Part shown: piece by piece, positions 59,810 through 64,000 of the stretch | Numbering within the stretch: position 1 is the first letter of the stretch | Layout: every line of letters begins with the position of its first letter | Notes under the pieces: generated by a model | Told to the model about the DNA's origin: nothing | Databases searched by the model: none | The model's input: only the letters and a program-made list of their open reading frames with translations | Translations under genes and position numbers: made by a program | Origin: Calditrichia bacterium | GTDB taxonomy: Bacteria; Calditrichota; Calditrichia; RBG-13-44-9; J075 | Direction of reading: 5' to 3' | Assembly (NCBI GenBank): GCA_050633245.1 | Contig: JBOEGD010000012.1 | Coordinates: 1 to 64,000, forward strand | Length of the DNA: 64,000 bases

Positions 59810-60847
59810 TTATTGCCTGCTTAAAATCTGAGCAATACGATTATAAACAATCTTCGATATTTCCCAGGCGTTGCCGCCGCTGGTATTCACGAACTGGATT
59901 ACAACCGTATCCATATCCTCATGATAGCGGGCAATACTTTGGTATCCCGGTAGTAAGCCGGTATGGTTATATTTATAGATAGAGGAGTAAATGGATTGTT
60001 CCTGATCGGTTAACAATGAGCCATCATTCAAAGCTCTTATGAACACGCCAACGTCTTTTACAGTCGCGACCATTGAACCACCGGGGTGTATAAAATCGTT
60101 ATACTTTATATCAGGACCATAACCGACATAATAGCCACTCATCACCTCGTTTAAATTGACCTCACTCAACAAGCTGTAGGTGTTATTCAGCTCAAGTGGC
60201 AGTAGAATTTCCTCTCTCACATACTGATGATGACTGTATCCTAAAACTTTGTCAAGAATTAGACCAATCAACCAATAATTGGTATTGGAATAACGATACT
60301 CAGCATCAGGCTCAAAATCTGCAGGCATATCCAACACCAACTCAGAAGGTCCCATATTGTCTTTGTAAGGACTGGTCCACGGGTAATCCGGATGATCACT
60401 GTAATTGTAAATCCCACTGCGATGCTGCACCAGCACTCTCAGATTGATTCTTTCTGCATTTTCTATTCGTCCGGCAAATTCGGGCAAGTAATCGGCGAGC
60501 GTACTATCCAGAGACAATCGCTTTTCATTGACCAGTTCGGCTACCGCAACGGCGATATATAACTTGCTGATACTGGCAATCTTAAATAATGCCTGTGGAT
60601 CGGCCGGGATCTTATTTTCCCGGTTTTTCCAGCCGGCAGAGTATAATGTCGCCGGCTTATCGGCTTTCTGCACATATACGACAATACCGTCAAGGCCGTG
60701 CTGAATCGCATCATCCACTTCTTCCTGAACGGTATCAGGTAATGGCTGTAACCATGCCCAGACAATATCCCAGGGTGGAAATATCACAATACAAATAACA
60801 GCAATAATCGGCATGATGATTCGAAGGAGTCGGACGGTAGGCTTCAT
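59810..60847 (-). CDS. Serine hydrolase (beta-lactamase/D-Ala-D-Ala peptidase-like family)
   Basis: IASISK, HRSG, YSNTNY and HTG. Confidence 0.9.
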   Translation of the reverse strand: MKPTVRLLRIIMPIIAVICIVIFPPWDIVWAWLQPLPDTVQEEVDDAIQHGLDGIVVYVQKADKPATLYSAGWKNRENKIPADPQALFKIASISKLYIAVAVAELVNEKRLSLDSTLADYLPEFAGRIENAERINLRVLVQHRSGIYNYSDHPDYPWTSPYKDNMGPSELVLDMPADFEPDAEYRYSNTNYWLIGLILDKVLGYSHHQYVREEILLPLELNNTYSLLSEVNLNEVMSGYYVGYGPDIKYNDFIHPGGSMVATVKDVGVFIRALNDGSLLTDQEQSIYSSIYKYNHTGLLPGYQSIARYHEDMDTVVIQFVNTSGGNAWEISKIVYNRIAQILSRQ

Positions 60848-61160
60848 TTTTTTGATAGTACTTTGGTCCTTCAGCGTCGCTAAACGCTACACTCAGCGGA
60901 AGCGTGGGTTTTCAAGTATTGTAGATTTATTTCGAGATCTCATGTTAATACAAAATACGGATTTCTTGTTTATTTACGAAAACTTAAATCTACGCGGACA
61001 GTTAAAAGCTCGCTTTTCCTTCAATTCTTTCAACACATCCTCAAGCACTGCCTGCGTATTAGACAATTTCTCTCGGTTTTGATAGGGCGAGACCAAAAGA
61101 CATCCAACAATCATGGGAGAGAGTTGGATGCGTGGTTTGCCTTTTCAATACAGCATCGGC

Positions 61161-62021
61161 CTAGCACCCGATATTTTCTACTGGTGCATTACCTTGCTGA
61201 AATATAAGGATCTTATTTACACGTAGGTTACCATCCCAATACCAGCGAAGACCATTGTTATACTGCCAGAAGTTATCACCGGTATCTACAAGTTCCGGTG
61301 GTCCAAAATTGGCTAAAACTTCTGATTGCAATGATCCGATTCCGAGAAAATCGCGCGTTACATCCGCGAATGGTCCTTCCATAATGATAACCGTTGCGAC
61401 TTCGTCTTGCTCTGGAGTTATTCCGGTCCCTGGCAGAAAGATAGAAATCCCCTGATTAGTATATTTCACAATATGCCCGGATATGCTGCCGAAAGGGTCA
61501 ACAATAGTGCAGAACGTATCCGAAAAACCAAGAATTTGAATAATGTGTTGATAGGTATCTCCTATTTCTATTCCTGCCGCACCGATTCCTTGTAGGATAG
61601 TGACGTTATAAAACACCTCAAAAGACACGGAAATTTCTGAAGTTGTTTCTTCTGCTTCCAACCGAAGTACATCTGTATAGTCTCCTATCGGTTGAAAAAT
61701 GTCAGCAGTCAACTTTAGAGTATCAGGAATGGAGGAACTGGCACCTTCAAATCTCTCCAGCGCGAGCCAGGAAGGCTGACCCACCACTCTCCAGCTACAA
61801 GCTGAGCCATTATTAGAAGCACTAACTGTTATTTCACTTGCATTAGCCTCCTGTGTTAATACAACGGCGTTCTGGCCCGCCGATATTGTAAGATCGCACA
61901 GTAGAGGATCTGTAGTCTCACTACAACTTAACTGCATGAAAACAGTAACACTCATAATTAGTAGGAGAACAAGCTGAGGTAGAGAGAATAAATCTCGGAT
62001 AGATTGTTTTTGTAAATACAT
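61161..62021 (-). CDS. Hypothetical lipoprotein with a BACON-like Ig domain
   Basis: Lipobox QLSC, SWRVVGQPSWLAL, and C-terminal GI.IG...V...FG.P repeats. Confidence 0.7.
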   Translation of the reverse strand: MYLQKQSIRDLFSLPQLVLLLIMSVTVFMQLSCSETTDPLLCDLTISAGQNAVVLTQEANASEITVSASNNGSACSWRVVGQPSWLALERFEGASSSIPDTLKLTADIFQPIGDYTDVLRLEAEETTSEISVSFEVFYNVTILQGIGAAGIEIGDTYQHIIQILGFSDTFCTIVDPFGSISGHIVKYTNQGISIFLPGTGITPEQDEVATVIIMEGPFADVTRDFLGIGSLQSEVLANFGPPELVDTGDNFWQYNNGLRWYWDGNLRVNKILIFQQGNAPVENIGC

Positions 62022-62317
62022 AACACCTCCCCAATAAACGGAACATTAAACCTTTGTTTGCACATTATTTCTTGAAGTTCGAATTGACAAAATGTAATCG
62101 ATCAATGTGGGGGAGTTATTGTTAATAATAGCATGTTTGCTTGAAACATGTCAAGAATTATACCTAAAAAATAGTTGACAACTTTTTGCTAAATTTCACA
62201 TCTAGTCGTTCAAGTAAACCGACTTATTTGCGAATAATAACAGCTTGACGTTATGTTAATCCAACGCTCACAAAAAGCAAAGTGCCTCTAATCAAAACTA
62301 TAGGAGCGCTTTTATAT

Positions 62318-62363
62318 TGGTGCTCCCCCCAGGGAGTGTCGAGTGAATACATCTGGGTGGTGA
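62318..62363 (-). repeat. Repeat copy 1: tRNA-3'-end-like / att-like sequence
   Basis: Minus strand ...CTCGACACTCCCTGGGGGGAGCACCA, followed by an imperfect hairpin and T-run. 28/33 nt identical to copy 2. Confidence 0.6.
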
Positions 62364-62502
62364 GGGCGGCACTATATAAATCAATCCACTAATTCGATCT
62401 TATTTGATATCATACACTCAACGTTCAAAATTCAGGGTTGTTCAATAACCAGAGAATCCACTGGGTTGGACAGTTTTTCCGCCTACAGCCGTTGCATATC
62501 TG

Positions 62503-63411
62503 CTACTCATAATTTACGACCTCAATATAAATATCATATTGCTTGTTCTTTTTGGCAATGTAGGCAATGTGTTTTCCATCCGGCGACCAACTCGGTTCGG
62601 TGACACGGTTGAAGCCCTCTCCCATTTTCTGCAGCACCTTGCCTTGCAAATCCAGGATCTGAATATAGCGGATATCTTCACTTTCCTTCTTGGCAGAAGC
62701 AATGAACTTTCCGTCCGGGGACCAGGACGGGCAGAAATCGTGACCGGGGCTATTGGTTACTCGCTGTAACGATTGATCAGCAACACTAAGAATGTAGATT
62801 TCATCGTCTTTACCTTCCGTATCGCGGCGTGAGAAGAAAGCGATTTGGGAGCCGTCCGGTGAGTAACGCGGCCAGACATTGCGGAAGGAACCCGGGTCAA
62901 TTGCCGAATCTGTCGCTGTCGTTGAAGTCGCTGGAATTTCGATTCGCTTTACACCAACACCAATAGTGAAACTAAAGAGGTCGATATTACCCTCAACAGC
63001 GGCACAGTAAACAATCGATTTTCCGCCAGGCGACCAATGGGGCATCATCTCGCTTTCCGGGGACTGGGTGATCCCATCGAGGTTGTTAGAGACAAGATCA
63101 TAGATATACAGATCAGGCTGGCCGTTAAGATCACTCTGCAAAACAATGGATTCATTCTTCGGGGAAAAGGCCGGAAAACGCTCGTTCCGGGGAGTATCAA
63201 GGACCTTCTCAATTCGGCGCTCATCAACCATCAATAAAAAAATCCCCCAGGAGCTGTCAACCTTGCTTTCAAAGAGAATTTTTTTGCCGTCCGCCGACCA
63301 GGTGGGATAACGCTCATCCGCGGGGGTATCGGTGAGCTGGATGGGGCCATTTTTACCCTGCGGAAAAGCAGCGGCCGTAAAAGAAAGGAGGATGAAGAAA
63401 AGCGTGCGCAT
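62503..63411 (-). CDS. TolB-like PD40-repeat beta-propeller protein
   Basis: Signal peptide and repeats PTWSADGK, PAFSP, PHWSPGG, PRYSPDG and PSWSPDG (twice). Confidence 0.88.
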   Translation of the reverse strand: MRTLFFILLSFTAAAFPQGKNGPIQLTDTPADERYPTWSADGKKILFESKVDSSWGIFLLMVDERRIEKVLDTPRNERFPAFSPKNESIVLQSDLNGQPDLYIYDLVSNNLDGITQSPESEMMPHWSPGGKSIVYCAAVEGNIDLFSFTIGVGVKRIEIPATSTTATDSAIDPGSFRNVWPRYSPDGSQIAFFSRRDTEGKDDEIYILSVADQSLQRVTNSPGHDFCPSWSPDGKFIASAKKESEDIRYIQILDLQGKVLQKMGEGFNRVTEPSWSPDGKHIAYIAKKNKQYDIYIEVVNYE

Positions 63412-63571
63412 ATTTGTCCGTCTTTTTTAGAGTGTAAGTATTCAAGTTCTCCAGGATTGATTTGATTTTAATCTAAAAGATGATTTAAAAAGAGGCAAGT
63501 CTAAAGCCCTCAAGAAGAAAAACACCCCAAGCGATGCGAACCCCTGCAAAACATCCTCTCCATACCCCCAT

Positions 63572-63607
63572 AAAAACAAAACGGGTTATCCGTTTGGATA
63601 ACCCGTT
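63572..63607 (-). terminator. Intrinsic terminator
   Basis: Minus strand AACGGGTTATCC-AAAC-GGATAACCCGTT-TTGTTTTT. Confidence 0.85.
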
Positions 63608-63611
63608 GCGC

Positions 63612-63654
63612 TGTACTCCCAAGGGAGTGTCGAGTCTATACTTGTAGGTGGTGA
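63612..63654 (-). repeat. Repeat copy 2: tRNA-3'-end-like / att-like sequence
   Basis: Minus strand ...CTCGACACTCCCTTGGGAGTACA, directly followed by the terminator. Confidence 0.6.
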
Positions 63655-63691
63655 AGCAATACACAATTAACTTGCAAAATAGATATAATAT

Positions 63692-64000
63692 CTACTTCAG
63701 GATCTTATTCAATTGTATTAAGATCTTCTCTTTCGATGGAACTCCATCTGGATAATATCTTCATGTAGGAGCGGCTGGTGCTGGTCTTGACACCCCAAAT
63801 AGATCTGTTGAATTTAGTAATATAGTTGGTGTTCCATAACCTGTTCTGCAATCGTGAGCAGGGAGCTCACCTACATCAATTATTTCTACTTGTTGCGGTA
63901 GACGCAGTTCTTTAATTGCATCAATTAAGTGCTCATACATTGTTTGAGAGTTTGAACAATTGGAACGCGTTAAGAAGCAGATTTTTTTATTTCTATCCAT
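63692..64000 (-). CDS. Small thioredoxin-fold putative selenoprotein (UGA at 63763-63761), at least 102 aa
   Basis: CSNS...GYGTPTILLNSTDLF...PT-U-RYYPDGVPSKEKILIQLNKILK-TAG. The ATG sits exactly at the window edge, so the N-terminus may extend further. Confidence 0.78.
63721..63760 (-). promoter_or_regulatory. Putative SECIS element
   Basis: After the UGA: AGAUAUUAUCCA-GAUGG-AGUU-CCAUC-GAAAGAGAAGAUCU. The apical loop has G at position 2 and lies 17 nt from the UGA; AGAU/AUCU forms a basal stem. Confidence 0.65.

Noticed and set aside
60870-61145. Short minus-strand coding-like fragment (MIVGCLLVSPYQNREKL...) and an attC-like start (gctaaacgctacactcagcgg)
   Set aside because: No recognisable family and no matching right arm. 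It may be gene debris but cannot be supported.
62318-62400. Complete tRNA, including tRNA-Sec
   Set aside because: Only a CCA-ending 3' segment is present. There is no canonical TTCGA loop, no D or anticodon arm, and no complementary 5' acceptor strand.

Overview
This is a 64-kb bacterial window, probably from an FCB-group organism such as Calditrichota/KSB1. That is an inference from seven secreted proteins ending in NYPNPFNP-type T9SS/FlgD-Ig C-terminal domains (CTDs). Most genes encode secreted or outer-membrane proteins, hydrolases and regulators. The window also holds an NAD-linked formate dehydrogenase operon, a probable inositol-type uptake locus and a patchwork accessory region at about 53-64 kb. 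I saw no rRNA, complete tRNA, CRISPR array or transposase/integrase. The ORF track misses these main points. (1) There are two in-frame UGA codons at Cys-equivalent positions, each followed by a SECIS-like hairpin: one in the FDH alpha subunit (38535-41351) and one in a small thioredoxin-fold protein (63692-64000). (2) A ~60-nt sRNA with a sigma70-type promoter (about 14171-14230, minus strand) has 18-nt perfect complementarity to the RBS/start codon of the next gene, plus a loop-loop match to that gene's leader; that gene has its own ECF-type promoter. (3) A large beta-repeat protein with a dockerin-like tail lies next to a cohesin-like CTD protein. (4) A large adhesin gene runs off the left edge. 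(5) There is a cupin pseudogene. (6) Two tRNA-3'-like repeats, each with a terminator, flank a single gene. All calls come from reading the sequence by eye; no database searches or folding programs were run.
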